Assembly: GCA_963714015.1 (NCBI GenBank)
Contig: OY970223.1
Coordinates: 1,696,001-1,760,000, forward strand
Length of the DNA: 64,000 bases
DNA from: Vulcanimicrobiota bacterium
GTDB taxonomy: Bacteria > Vulcanimicrobiota > Vulcanimicrobiia > Vulcanimicrobiales > Vulcanimicrobiaceae
Direction of reading: 5' to 3'
Shown one piece after another: positions 11,533 to 23,752 of this stretch. The stretch's first letter is position 1, and each line of letters opens with the position of its first letter. A program made the position numbers and the translations under genes. Under the pieces are notes generated by a model. That model ran no database searches. It had not been told where the DNA came from and saw nothing but the letters and a program-made list of their open reading frames with translations.

Positions 11533-13380
11533 GTACAGACAAAGTCGGGGCGGATCTTCTTGTGGAACGGCTTCTCGATTGGGGCGTCGATACGATCTTC
11601 GGTTTACCGGGCGATGGCATCAACGGATTCATGGAGGCGCTTCGCAAGCAGAAAGGACGCATCTGGTACATCCACGTGCGCCATGAAGAAGTCGCGCGCA
11701 ATGGCAGCGGTCGGATACGCCAAGTTTACCGGCAGACTGGGTGTGTGCTTCTCGACAGCAGGGCCCGGCGCAATTCATATGCTCAACGGCTTGCTGGATG
11801 CCAAACTCGAGCAGGCGCCGATCTTGGCAATTACTGGGATGGCGTACCATGACTTGGAAGGCACGCACTATCTGCAAGACGTGGATACCGACTACATCGC
11901 CGGGCCGGTGTGCGTGTACAACGAACGAATCATGGGGCCGCAGCACATCCACAACGTCGTCGATATTGCGATCCGCACCGCACTCGCCCAGCGTGGGCCC
12001 GCGCACATTGCGTTCCCGATCGACTATCAGGCGGCGGACGCGCAAGGCGGCTCGCGTTCGGAACGCAATATCAAGGGTCACACTTCAACGGTTTGGCAAA
12101 AGCCGGTCCAGGTTCCGCTGCGCTCGCAGGTCGAGGCCGCTTCAAAACTCTTCGAAGGCAAGAAGAAGATCTGCATCCTCGCCGGTGCGGGCGCGCGCGG
12201 CTGCCGGGACGAACTCGAAGCCGCGGCGGAGCGCCTCGCCGCGCCAATCGTCAAAGCGATGCTCGGCAAGGATTGCGTTCCCGATGACAGCCCGTATACG
12301 ACCGGAACGGTAGCGCTCGTCGGAACGAAGCCTTCGGAAGAAGCGCTCAAGGGCTGCGAGCTGCTGCTGATTGTCGGCAGCGGTATGCCCTATATCGAAT
12401 TTTACCCCAAGCCCGGTGAGGCGGCGATCGTTCAAATTGACGATAAGGCCGAACGGATCGGTTTACGGACTCCGGTCGATTACGGCCTCTGCGGCGACGC
12501 CAAGATGACGCTGCAAATGCTGCTCAACCATTTGCCGCGTAACGACGACCGGTCGTTCTTGGAACAGGCGCAGCGCGGCATGAAAGAATGGTGGCAGCTC
12601 ATGGAAGAGCGCGGAACGCGCACCGACGTTCCGATGCGGCCCCAAGTGCCGGCATGGCACCTGTGGCCTCTGCTGGCGGACGATGCCATTATCTGCGGCG
12701 ATTCCGGCACGGTGACGACCTGGGCCGCGCGTCAAATCAAACTGCGCGCAAATCAGAAATTTTCGTTCTCCGGAACGAACTGTTCCATGGCGGCGGGTTT
12801 GCCGTACGCCATCGGCGCGCAGGCAGCGTATCCGGGCCGTCAAGTCGTCGTTTTTACCGGCGACGGTTCGCTTACGATGCAATTGGGAGATTTTCTGACC
12901 TGCGTGCAGCATGGCTTGAACGTCAAAATTGTGGTAATCAAGAACAACACGCTGGGGCTTATCAAGTGGGAGCAAATGGTCTTTCTCGGAAATCCGGAAT
13001 ACGGGGTGCAGTTTGCGCCGCTGGATTTCGTGAAGTTCGCGGAAGCCTGCGGCGCGCGCGGCGTTCGCATAGAAGATCCGCAGCGGTGCGGCGATCAACT
13101 GAAGGAGGCGCTAAATATCCCCGGGCCCGCAATCGTCGAGTGCGTGGTCGATCCGCACGAGCCGCCTATGCCGGCCAAAGTCAAACGCGAACAGACGATT
13201 CACATGTATCAGGCACTCCGGCAAGGCACGCCGAATCGCAAGAAGATCGCGCTCACGATAGTAGGGGACGTCCTCGAGGAATCCGGGTACGAAGCCGCCC
13301 CCGCACTCGTGATTCCGAACCCTGTCGGAACGGTTGCCCGCAAGATCGTTGAAACGATAACGCGTAAGGACGGTGAATAA
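11529..13380 (+). CDS. ThDP-dependent pyruvate oxidase/dehydrogenase (PoxB-like), frameshifted near 11697
   Basis: ATG overlaps the upstream stop; FGLPGDGIN and VRHEE in one frame continue as AMAAVGYAK to the GDGS..NN ThDP motif in another. Confidence 0.85.
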
Positions 13381-13476
13381 GTAGAAACTCCGGCAGAACG
13401 CCGGGAGGAGGTCTGCATTCTCACCGTATTCGTTCTAGCGCTCATTGGCGGAGGACCGCCTCAGCAACTGCCGCCG

Positions 13477-14721
13477 GTGCCGCACAAGCAAGTTATTACG
13501 CTGACGCGAAAACCCGGATTTCACTCGGAGCCGGCCGTTGCGATCGATCCGCGCGACTCGCGCAACGTCATAGCAGCCTATCAGACCGACGGAAATGTGG
13601 CGTATTCGCGAGACGGCGGGCTCTCCTGGCACACCGTGGCCGCAATTCCGCACGACCACAAGACGATCGCCGGCGACGTGTCTCTTGCATTCGACGGCCG
13701 GGGCGATGCGGTACTGTGTTACATTGCATTCGACCGTTTGGGAACGGACGAATACTGGGCCCACGGCGGTTCGAGCAACGGCATCTTTACGGTGCGCTCG
13801 ACGGATGGTGGAGCGCGCTGGTCTTCGCCGGAGACGGTCGTTGCGAAGGCTCGGGCAAACACCGGCGTTTTCGAAGACAAGCCTTACGTCGTTGGAGACG
13901 GCTGGAGCTCGCGTCGCAATTCGTTTTATATCGGCTGGACCGATTTTCACCTCGGCTTCAGCCGGATGCTGTTCGCACGCTCCACCGATGGCGGACGCAC
14001 GTGGTCGACGCCGATGGCGATGAGCTCGATGCGCGGTTCGCCCCGCGACGACAACGGCGCGGACGAGGGTTTCGACGGCGCCGTCGGTAGGGACGGCACG
14101 CTTTACGCGGTGTGGCAGGACGGCACGCACGTGCTGCTCAGCATCTCGCGCGACGGCGGCCGTTCGTTCGAGGCACCGCGCGTCGTGCAAACGGTGCCGT
14201 CGATGTTCTTCGGCCTCGAAGGCTATTACGGACGCGGCGGCAACGGCTTTCCGCAGATCGTGATCGAGCGCTCCGGGCGAATGTACGTAAGCTGGGCGGA
14301 TTACCGCAACGGCGAGGTCGACGTCTTCGTCTGCTATTCGTTCGATCGCGGCTTGACGTGGAGCGATCCCGTTAAGGTCAACGACGATGCAGCGCACGAC
14401 GGGCGCGATCATTACTTTCAATGGCTCGCGGTCGATCCCGTCAACGGCGACGTGTACGTGATCTTCAAAGACCGCCGCGACGACGCGCATAACGAAAAGG
14501 AAACCGTAACGCTCGCCCGTTCGACGGATCGCGGACGTTCCTTCAGGAACTACGCTTGGACCGGCGTTGGAAACGATCCGGCGCTGCATTTCATGGGCGA
14601 CTACAACGGGATAGCGGCCTGGAACGGGCACGTCTACGGCGTTTGGACCGAAGCGGTTCCGTCGAAGACCCTGCGAAAGCCCACCGTCGTTCGCTTAGGA
14701 ATGGCGGATTTCACAGAATGA
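13477..14721 (+). CDS. Secreted sialidase-like BNR/Asp-box protein
   Basis: Multiple SxDGGxTW repeats, DKPY, FMGDY; a hydrophobic signal-like stretch extends in frame up to ~13417. Confidence 0.8.
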   Translation: MPHKQVITLTRKPGFHSEPAVAIDPRDSRNVIAAYQTDGNVAYSRDGGLSWHTVAAIPHDHKTIAGDVSLAFDGRGDAVLCYIAFDRLGTDEYWAHGGSSNGIFTVRSTDGGARWSSPETVVAKARANTGVFEDKPYVVGDGWSSRRNSFYIGWTDFHLGFSRMLFARSTDGGRTWSTPMAMSSMRGSPRDDNGADEGFDGAVGRDGTLYAVWQDGTHVLLSISRDGGRSFEAPRVVQTVPSMFFGLEGYYGRGGNGFPQIVIERSGRMYVSWADYRNGEVDVFVCYSFDRGLTWSDPVKVNDDAAHDGRDHYFQWLAVDPVNGDVYVIFKDRRDDAHNEKETVTLARSTDRGRSFRNYAWTGVGNDPALHFMGDYNGIAAWNGHVYGVWTEAVPSKTLRKPTVVRLGMADFTE

Positions 14722-15716
14722 GATGAACGTCACCGAATTCGTGCTGAAAGTATTCCGCCTTCGACGCTTCGGCATACGCGTCTTCGAGCATGTTAGGATC
14801 GAGGAAGGCTTGGAGAATCCACTGATGGGTTGCGGCGGAATCGTGGAATCCCGTAAGCAATCCGTCAACACTGCGCACGCGATGATTCTCGTCGATGATC
14901 AGATCGGTCCAGCCCGACGCGGGCAGAACCTCGCCGTCGCAGGAGGCGCTCTCCAGCGCCCGGAGCGCCGTGGTCCCGATGGCGATAACGCGCCGGCCCT
15001 GGCGTCGAGCGGCGTTCACTGCCTGCGCAGCTTCGTTGGAAACGAAGAAGCGTTCGATGGATGGACGCTCGGGTGCCTCGAAGCTGGCGACGCCGCAATG
15101 AAGTGTTACTTTCGCGATTTCGACGCCGCGGCGACACAGCGAGTCTGAGTACTTGCGGGGTGAATGGCCGGGCGGCGGACGCCATTTCGGAAGACCCCGG
15201 CCGGCGCGCAAAGATCGTCTGGTAATCCGACAAAGGGAATTCATCAGCGACGTAACCGTACCGGACCGGACGGCCGTACCGCGCTAAGTATTCGTACATC
15301 GGAAGGGGAAGTTGAAACCACACGTACCATACACGTGGACGTTCCGGATCGAGCGGCGCGATCAGCGCCGCCGAACCGCCGCCGGGCAACTGCAACTCTT
15401 CGCCGAGAAGTAGGCCCGATTTGCGCGGCTCCGCCAGCCACAATCGCGAATCGATTGCCGTCGCCACGTGCAGCGTCAGGCTTTCGCCGTTTGCGCGCTG
15501 AACCTCGAGCGCTGCAGGAACGGTTGCCGAGTCGTTGACGACGAGAAGGTCGCCCGGCTCTAGGAACTGCGCGAGATCCGCGAACCGGCCGTGCTCGTGT
15601 GTGCCGGCGGAACGCCGCGTTACCATCATGCGGACTCCGTCGCGCGCTATACCGCGGCGCTCGGGCGGAGCTGCGGCGCTGCGCAGTCCACCCGCGTATC
15701 GTTCCGCAACGCTCAT
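14711..15716 (-). CDS. queA: QueA-like S-adenosylmethionine:tRNA ribosyltransferase-isomerase, frameshifted near 15146
   Basis: PPERRG, GDLLVVNDS, YQTIFA, TLHCG, AIGTT, LLTGFH, HEFGDVHLIL across two frames. Confidence 0.8.
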
Positions 15717-16438
15717 ACGCGCACCAGTTCTGCGACGCGTATGCGTTCGTAAGGTTCCTGCATCTGCGCCACCGCCCGCAGGATCGCCGCCGCCGACTCG
15801 GCCGGGTCGCGCAACTGATCGGGATCGGCATCGGGGATTGCGTCGCGATGCATCTGCGTATTCATATCGCCCGGATCGGCCACGAGCACGCGGATAGGGC
15901 CGCCGGCGATTTCGGCGGCGAGCACGCGTGAGACGTGTTCCAACGCGGCTTTGCTCGCTCCGTAGCCGCCCCAGCCTTCGTAGGCTTCCACCCCTGCGTC
16001 GGACGTGACGTTAACGATCGTTGCGAGGGGGCAGGTTCGCCGCATAAGGCGCGCAGCGTGCTGCGAGAGATGGATCGGTGCGAAGACGTTCGTGTCGAAA
16101 AGCCGGCGGAACGCTTCGTATGAAAGCTCGTCCACGCGCGGCAACGGAACTTCGCCCAGCGTCGATGCGTTATTGATCAGCAGATCCAAACGTCCCGTTC
16201 GGGCTGCTGCGGCAACGAGGACATGCGCGTGTTCTCTGTCGCTGACGTCGCCGGCAATGGCAATAACGTTGCCGATGCCTCGAAGCTCCTGCGCCGCCGC
16301 TTCCAGTGCGGCGGCATCCCGCCCGTCCACAATTGTCGTTACGCCCTGCGCGAGCAGAGCTGCAGCCAGCGCTTTGCCTAATCCACGCGAGCCGCCCGTG
16401 ACGATTGCCACGTGGCCCGCTTCAAACCAATTGCTCAT
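15713..16438 (-). CDS. SDR family oxidoreductase
   Basis: TGGSRGLG, NNAS, YGASK. Confidence 0.9.
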   Translation of the reverse strand: MSNWFEAGHVAIVTGGSRGLGKALAAALLAQGVTTIVDGRDAAALEAAAQELRGIGNVIAIAGDVSDREHAHVLVAAAARTGRLDLLINNASTLGEVPLPRVDELSYEAFRRLFDTNVFAPIHLSQHAARLMRRTCPLATIVNVTSDAGVEAYEGWGGYGASKAALEHVSRVLAAEIAGGPIRVLVADPGDMNTQMHRDAIPDADPDQLRDPAESAAAILRAVAQMQEPYERIRVAELVRV

Positions 16439-16444
16439 ATCGAA

Positions 16445-16475
16445 ACCTTACAACCTCAAGTAAGGTTTAGGTCAA
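16445..16475 (-). promoter_or_regulatory. SoxR-type promoter with SoxR box in the spacer
   Basis: Minus strand TTGACC-N19-TAAGGT; CCTCAAGTAAGGTTTAGG at 16454-16471 resembles the SoxR dyad CCTCAAGTTAACTTGAGG. Confidence 0.85.
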
Positions 16476-16479
16476 TACC

Positions 16480-16926
16480 ATGGATCGACTTCTGACCGTC
16501 GGCGAGGTCGCCAAGCGCAGCGGCGTCGCCGTTTCCGCAGTTCATTTTTACGAGTCGAAAGGCCTCATTAAAAGCGTGCGAAGCGCAGGAAATCAGCGCC
16601 GGTTCGAGCGCATCGTGCTTCGGCGCATTGCCATCGTCAAGGTGGCGCAGCGCGCGGGCATTTCACTTGCCGAAATCCGTGCAGCTCTGGCGTCACTCCC
16701 TTCCGGCGAACACCTCTCGGCGCGGAATTGGGCCGCCCTCTCGAAGCGCTGGAAGGACGACCTGGACGAACGGATTTTGCGCCTGACGCAACTGCGCGAT
16801 CAGCTAGGGGATTGCATCGGCTGCGGTTGCCTCTCATTGCGCAGTTGTCCGCTGCGCAATCCGGGCGACGTACTCGCGCAAGAAGGGCCGGGCCCAAGAT
16901 TGCTCGAGCCTACGCCCGGCAGGTAG
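16480..16926 (+). CDS. soxR: Redox-sensitive transcriptional activator SoxR
   Basis: Mer[25 protein letters not shown] and 2Fe-2S motif [12 protein letters not shown]. Confidence 0.95.
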   Translation: MDRLLTVGEVAKRSGVAVSAVHFYESKGLIKSVRSAGNQRRFERIVLRRIAIVKVAQRAGISLAEIRAALASLPSGEHLSARNWAALSKRWKDDLDERILRLTQLRDQLGDCIGCGCLSLRSCPLRNPGDVLAQEGPGPRLLEPTPGR

Positions 16927-17040
16927 CGGCGGCTTACAGTCCGAGAAGAGCGCAAACCTATTCGATTCGTGCGGAGTGCCGGAAGTGATGGGCCACCGAA
17001 TTGAACATTCCAGGCCCGCGAATCGGTGCGCGCGTGCGCA

Positions 17041-18036
<996 letters not shown>

Positions 18037-18049
18037 TTGATGCTCCCTA

Positions 18050-20113
18050 TCAAGGATTCGTTTGTATTCCGATGCTGAAAAGTGAGGGCATCGCCCAGCG
18101 GTCGACGCTCGAACGGTAGCGCGCCGAAAAAATATTGCTGCCGCTTACGGAGAACGAAAGCGCGCTCGAGAACGGAACGAGAAAGCGCACGTCTCCGACC
18201 AGCGCGGTACCGAGCGGCTCGGTGTTCAGGTCGTCTGCGTACGTCTGTCCGATGTAAGACAGATCGGCGCCGGCGCGGACCCTCCCGGCGAGTGTTTCAT
18301 ACGCCAGCGATGCACTCGACCGAGGGACGTACTGCAGCTGGTCTCCGAGAATCGCCGAAGGCCCTTGCGTGACGCGCGCCAATTGCTGCGTGGCAAAGAA
18401 GCTCAATCGAGACTGCGCCGTCAGCGCATCCGTGAACGTGGCGCTGAGGCCGTCGGTTTGCGCCTGTGGAATGTTGCTGCGCAGCTCCTGCGTGGAACTG
18501 ATGGTGCGAAACATGATCGCATCGTTGACGACCGTGTGGAGCAAATCGGCCGAGAAACGGTACCTTCCGCTGCTCCAATCGGCCCCGGCGGACGCCGTCC
18601 AGCTTCGCTCGGGACTTAAATTGGGGTTGGCGGCATACGTAACGCCCGCGATGACGTAGCTGCGCAGCAGCTCGTTCAGATACGGTAAGCGAAATCCGGT
18701 TCCGGCTGACGCGCGCAGATTCCACTGATGCGTGAGCGCGTACCTTACCGCGGCCCGGGGGGCAAAGACACGATCGACGCGCCCGCCGAGAATCGTTTCC
18801 CAACGGCGGCTGCGCATCGTCTCTTGTAATGAAAGACCGCCCAAATTCTGACGGCCGAAGACGCTGCTCTGGACCGTTCCCGAACCGCTGTACTGATACG
18901 TCGCGCCGCGGATCCAGCGTCCGTCCGCGCGCATGCCGAATGTCGAAGCCGGCGAGTCGACCGTCCATTGAGCTATTGCGCCGCTCTCGGTTGTGGGGAC
19001 GTCTTGAAGGTAACGCAAGATGCCGGGTTTCGCCGGAAACAAGTCGGCGATGTTGACGATGTAGGCGTTGCGCTCGTAGGCGATCGCCGTAATAGAGCTG
19101 TGCTGCCCGGTGTGCGTAAAGTGCGTGTCGAATTGATTGAAACGGCGTCCCATGCTGTAGTTCGGGCGCCCTTCATCCTGAGCGTCCGAAGCGATCCGTT
19201 CTCCCGCTTCGATGACGTCGTTCGGCGAAAACGCGTATGCGGTTTGCAAATCCGCCGCTCCGCTCCGCGCAACGGCCGCAGTGTCAATCGGACTCGAGTA
19301 CCCGGGCGGTAGATCGAAGTATGAAGCGCGCTGCTGCTGCAAAGCAATGGAGGCGGCGAATCTTCCGCCCTCATTAGAGCGCGCGTTCAACCATTCCTGA
19401 CCGTAGGAATCGGTGCCCGCATTCAGCCCTCCGGCGATCTGCGATCCCGAAGCCCCGAATTGCGGTCGGTATGTGTGCAAGTCCAAAACGCCGCCGATGG
19501 CGCCCGTGCCGTACAGTGCCGATCCTGCCCCGCGCAGCAATTCTGCAAACGTTAAATCGCTCGACGGATAGGCGAGCCAATCCACCTGCCCTCCGAAACC
19601 GTCCTGTGCCGGGATCCCGTCGACCAAGACGAGTCCGCGATCGTTACCGGCACCGGAAAACGAAGCACGCAGCTGACCGTAATTGGTGAAGGCGCTGTTA
19701 CTGCGCTGCGGATCGAATCCGGGCAGCGTGCGCAGCAATGCGTCCGTAGCCGGCGCGCTGCTCAGTGCGATCGTCTCGCGATCGAGCGCGGCCGCGGCCA
19801 CCGGCAACGCGTGCAGAGTTTGCGGGGAACCTGTTGCGACATTGACCGACGCCACCACGGGAAGGAGCGGCTCGAGCGTCAGGTGTTGGACCGGCGCAAC
19901 TATCGCCGCGTCCGCCGGCTCAAAGCCTTTCGCCTGAACGCGCGCTCTGACTGCATCGAAATCGGCTGGAGCCCGCGCCGCACCGCCGGCGTCGCTCGAG
20001 ACTTGCACTGAATGGCGCGCCGAATCGATGAACGTTACGCTTGCTCCCGCGATCGGTGCGCCATTGGCGCCGGCCAAATACAGCAGCGCACTGACGACTG
20101 CAATCAAAAACAC
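18050..20113 (-). CDS. TonB-dependent receptor
   Basis: Plug motifs LVLVDGIP and [25 protein letters not shown]; beta-strand-rich C terminus. Confidence 0.85.
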   Translation of the reverse strand: MFLIAVVSALLYLAGANGAPIAGASVTFIDSARHSVQVSSDAGGAARAPADFDAVRARVQAKGFEPADAAIVAPVQHLTLEPLLPVVASVNVATGSPQTLHALPVAAAALDRETIALSSAPATDALLRTLPGFDPQRSNSAFTNYGQLRASFSGAGNDRGLVLVDGIPAQDGFGGQVDWLAYPSSDLTFAELLRGAGSALYGTGAIGGVLDLHTYRPQFGASGSQIAGGLNAGTDSYGQEWLNARSNEGGRFAASIALQQQRASYFDLPPGYSSPIDTAAVARSGAADLQTAYAFSPNDVIEAGERIASDAQDEGRPNYSMGRRFNQFDTHFTHTGQHSSITAIAYERNAYIVNIADLFPAKPGILRYLQDVPTTESGAIAQWTVDSPASTFGMRADGRWIRGATYQYSGSGTVQSSVFGRQNLGGLSLQETMRSRRWETILGGRVDRVFAPRAAVRYALTHQWNLRASAGTGFRLPYLNELLRSYVIAGVTYAANPNLSPERSWTASAGADWSSGRYRFSADLLHTVVNDAIMFRTISSTQELRSNIPQAQTDGLSATFTDALTAQSRLSFFATQQLARVTQGPSAILGDQLQYVPRSSASLAYETLAGRVRAGADLSYIGQTYADDLNTEPLGTALVGDVRFLVPFSSALSFSVSGSNIFSARYRSSVDRWAMPSLFSIGIQTNP

Positions 20114-20220
20114 GGGCAGATCGCTTTTGCGCGATTGAAGGGAACCCTTTAGGGTGTTGCCCCGGGCCGCGGTTCGGATCGAGCAAGGCTCCGAGCGTCG
20201 AACCGCGTAGTTTGCATTTT

Positions 20221-21316
20221 ATGAAGCGGAGCGATTTTCTCAATTCGACGGCCGCTGTCGCAGCGGCGGCAGCCCTCCCAGCGCCGGCCAAGGCGCAGGG
20301 CAATCCGTTCGACCCGCTACCAGGGCGCTGGAGAACGTTCGAGATTACGACGACTGTTACGCTTCCGCGCGGCAAGGAAGCGAAGCTGTGGATCCCGGTT
20401 CCGTCCTATCGTGAGATCGAGCTGGATGCTGCCCGGTTTGACGACGTGGGACGCCGGGAGCGCTCGCGCGGAACTGACTGCAGACGATCGTTGGAAGGCC
20501 GGGATGGTGTACGCGGAGTTTCCGCCAGGCGCAAATCCCCGGCGCATCGTCGCAAAATCGAAGGTCTCCATTCGCGATCGCCGGGTGGACTTACTGCGGC
20601 CCACTCCCGCGCCGGTACTGAACGCCGATGAAGTGGCGCTCTACACTGCTCCGACGAAGTTCATTCCGACTGACGGACTGGTCAAGCAAAAATCGGATCA
20701 GATTACGGATGGGGCGCGGGACGATCTCGAGAAGGCGCGCCGCATCTACAATTGGGTCGTGGAAAACACGTTCCGAAAACCTGCGACTCGAGGTTGCGGT
20801 TTGGGTAACGTCGAATTTCTGCTCCAGACCGGCGATCTCGGCGGAAAGTGCGCGGACATCAACGGTTTGACCGTGGGCTTGGCCCGCGCGGCCGGCCTGC
20901 CCGCGCGCGACCTTTACGGCGTCCGAGTTGCCCCGTCGCGCTTCGGCTATCATAGTTTGGGAGCGAACACGCCGATCGTAACAAAAGCGCAGCACTGCCG
21001 CGCGGAAGTCTTCCTTGGCGATTACGGGTGGGTTCCTATGGATCCGGCCGACGTGCGCAAAGTGATGCTCGAAGAACCGCCGGGCAATTTGTCCGCAAAC
21101 GATCCCAAAGTGGTGGATGCCCGGCAAACATTGTTCGGCGCTTGGGAGGGCAATTACGCCGCGTACAACGACGGCCATGACATCGTTCTGCCCGGATCGG
21201 TCAACGGCCCGGTTCCGTTCTTGATGTACCCGCAGGCGGAGATCGACGGCGAGCGGCTCGACTCGCTGGATCCGGCCGGCTTCGTCTATACGATAAGTTC
21301 TCGCGAGCTCGTGTAA
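20221..21316 (+). CDS. Tat-like exported transglutaminase-like cysteine enzyme, frameshifted near 20415
   Basis: MKRSDFL signal; triad motifs GGKCADIN, AQHCRAE, WVPMDP; two overlapping frames. Confidence 0.85.
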
Positions 21317-21339
21317 CCGCACGAGCGATTTGACTCACA

Positions 21340-21750
21340 ATGCCTGATCGCGACTACAGTCATCGATCGCTCATGGATAAGCTCGGTGTTGCGCCCGGAA
21401 TGCGCGTCGCCGCCGTCAACGTTTCAGATCAAGGCTTCATCGAGCTGCTGAGCGGAACTGCAGGAACAAAGCCGGCGCACTCGCTGCAAGGAATTTACGA
21501 TCTCATCTTTCTGCAGATTGACGCCGGCAAAGATCTCTCACGCATTGAGCGGGCTGCCGAACATTTGACGAATGCCGGCGCGCTCTGGGTCTTGCATCCC
21601 AAAGGGAAAAGCGCCGTAGTAAAGGATGCCGAGGTCCGAGAAGTCTATCTTTCATGCGGCCTAGTCGATAATAAGGTAAGCTCGTACAACGAAACGCATA
21701 CCGCTACGCGATGCGTTATCCCAGTGGTCCGCAGAAAACGGCGCGGTTGA
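21340..21750 (+). CDS. DUF3052-like small protein
   Basis: SLMDKLG, GALWVLHPKG, GLVDNKV. Confidence 0.65.
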   Translation: MPDRDYSHRSLMDKLGVAPGMRVAAVNVSDQGFIELLSGTAGTKPAHSLQGIYDLIFLQIDAGKDLSRIERAAEHLTNAGALWVLHPKGKSAVVKDAEVREVYLSCGLVDNKVSSYNETHTATRCVIPVVRRKRRG

Positions 21751-21763
21751 TCCGTTGTCGCGC

Positions 21764-23752
21764 TCAATGCGACGCCTCCACGTCGTCCACTGGTGCGGCG
21801 TCGCGCCGCAGCGACCATGACGCAAGAAGTCCGATCGTCAGCCAAAACGCAACGGCGCCCGCAATGGAAAGCTCGAGCATATAGGCGTCGGGCGCCCATT
21901 GCTCTACGGCAAGCGACGTCTGGCTCGCATTTGCGATTGCGGCATTTGCGCCGGCACTTTCTGTAGCAACGTCCCGGCGAAGCCGCGCGATATCCGAAAG
22001 CGCCGAACCGGCCAGTACGATGTGCAGTTCGTAATCGTCCCAAAATGAGTAGTATTCGAGTTCGCCGTACGCCTGGGTCCGCCGGGCCGCTTCGAGAACA
22101 TCTTCCTCGCGCTGAGCGGCTCTTCCCAACTCGGAGTCACTGAGCTTGTTTGGATCGGCAATGGAGTTCATAACCTTCAGGTCAATGGGGCGCAGACGTA
22201 AGTTCCCGAAAAACGTTGGCCCCTCGTGATTTTCGGCCAGATGAGCGCGCTTTTGGCGAAGGAGCGCGTAAATCGTCATCCGGTTTGCAACGGCGGCCGT
22301 TTGCGCGCGCTGGTCGACAAGCGCCAGTCGCGCTCGCCGCTGCGGGTACGGCAGAGAGTCGAGATCACTCAGATGCGCCGCAAACCAATGCTGGTGCGTC
22401 TCCCGATCGACGATGTCGCCCAGATTCGCGATTTCCGACCGGCCCGGGGTTGCGATCGACGCGGGCAGATTATTGATAGCGCTTACATCGCTTAAGACAG
22501 TGTGAAACGAAGCGGTCACATGAAGTAGCCAAAGCGTGCACACGGTAACGAGCGCTGCGACGGAAAGACCCAGCGCGGGCCAATACGGCTCCACGTCACG
22601 GTCGCGTCTAAAGATCAGCGCGGCGATGAGCAAGACGACGGCGGCAACGACCGAGAATGGATGGATTTTGCGCAGGACGGTCAACAAGATCAAGACTGCG
22701 GCGGCGAGTGCGGCAACGATCGCCCAAAGCGATGCGCGTTCCGACGGCTTTTCCGTTAACGGAACGCTTAAGCCGAGAACGGCGCCCGGCGTAAACCACA
22801 CGATTGCCGCAAGCAGCGGCACCGCAGCGACCTGCGCCAGATCCGTCGCGAACGGCGCAAGGACGCCGGCGCAAAAGCCAACCGCGACGATGATGAGCGG
22901 CCACCAGCTTGCACGCGTTTTCGACATTGCCACGCAGACGGCAAGGAGTGCGGCGGCGCCGACTTTTCCCCACAGTCCGAACTGCCATAGAGTCGTCAGC
23001 ACCAAAATCGCAAGGAGGCCAAACATATAGACCGCGCCCGGCAACCCCGCTTGGGCGGCCTGGCTATGTTGAGCGGAGTTCAATAGGGTTTCGTAATGCG
23101 CCGTCCATTCGGAGGGCGAACGAATCGCGAGCGTCACCGCGTCAACGAAACGGATGCCCACGATGTAAACAACAACGGAAAACGGCGCGACGAGCAAAGC
23201 CGCCGACCCTCCGATGAGGAGCCCCCGCGTCCATCCGGGTTCAACGTCGTCGGTTTCGTAAACGGCAAAAGAAAGCGCCACAGCCAGCGCTGCCCCGGTC
23301 AATACCCAAAGCGCCGCGAGCACCATTAGATCGCGCGTGGCGCCGGGAGCGTTTTGCAATTCCGGACCGAGCAGCGCGGAGCGCAAGTTGAGAATCTCTT
23401 GCGGGCTCTGAAAAATTCCGATCGCCTCGTGCGAAGCCAGAATGAAAATCTCAAAAATTCCCAGCATGACGATCGTCGAGACAGCGCGCGACAGGCGGGA
23501 GACTCGCCGCTCTTGCGGCTTGGTCCCTTCGATGATCGCGCGTAGTGACTCGATAACGAATGACGCTGCAACCGCTGCGCACAATCCGAGGACGAAGCTG
23601 AACGCCGAGGTGTGCGTGACCTGCTCGCGCCACCACAAGATGAAGACGGCAAAGCCGCTCAGGACGCCCCACGCGCCGGTGAATGCACAGAGCAACGCCG
23701 CAGCTCTCCAAGACGGAGTAACGGCGCCCAAACCGGGAATGCGCCTTAGCAA
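21764..23752 (-). CDS. Hypothetical polytopic membrane protein
   Basis: Many hydrophobic segments plus a soluble helical insert; likely TTG start overlapping the xdhC stop. Confidence 0.6.
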   Translation of the reverse strand: MLRRIPGLGAVTPSWRAAALLCAFTGAWGVLSGFAVFILWWREQVTHTSAFSFVLGLCAAVAASFVIESLRAIIEGTKPQERRVSRLSRAVSTIVMLGIFEIFILASHEAIGIFQSPQEILNLRSALLGPELQNAPGATRDLMVLAALWVLTGAALAVALSFAVYETDDVEPGWTRGLLIGGSAALLVAPFSVVVYIVGIRFVDAVTLAIRSPSEWTAHYETLLNSAQHSQAAQAGLPGAVYMFGLLAILVLTTLWQFGLWGKVGAAALLAVCVAMSKTRASWWPLIIVAVGFCAGVLAPFATDLAQVAAVPLLAAIVWFTPGAVLGLSVPLTEKPSERASLWAIVAALAAAVLILLTVLRKIHPFSVVAAVVLLIAALIFRRDRDVEPYWPALGLSVAALVTVCTLWLLHVTASFHTVLSDVSAINNLPASIATPGRSEIANLGDIVDRETHQHWFAAHLSDLDSLPYPQRRARLALVDQRAQTAAVANRMTIYALLRQKRAHLAENHEGPTFFGNLRLRPIDLKVMNSIADPNKLSDSELGRAAQREEDVLEAARRTQAYGELEYYSFWDDYELHIVLAGSALSDIARLRRDVATESAGANAAIANASQTSLAVEQWAPDAYMLELSIAGAVAFWLTIGLLASWSLRRDAAPVDDVEASH

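Noticed and set aside
16950..17030. Multi-stem structure between soxR and the aldo/keto reductase gene
   Set aside because: Short imperfect stems between convergent genes; most simply a terminator-like or chance structure.
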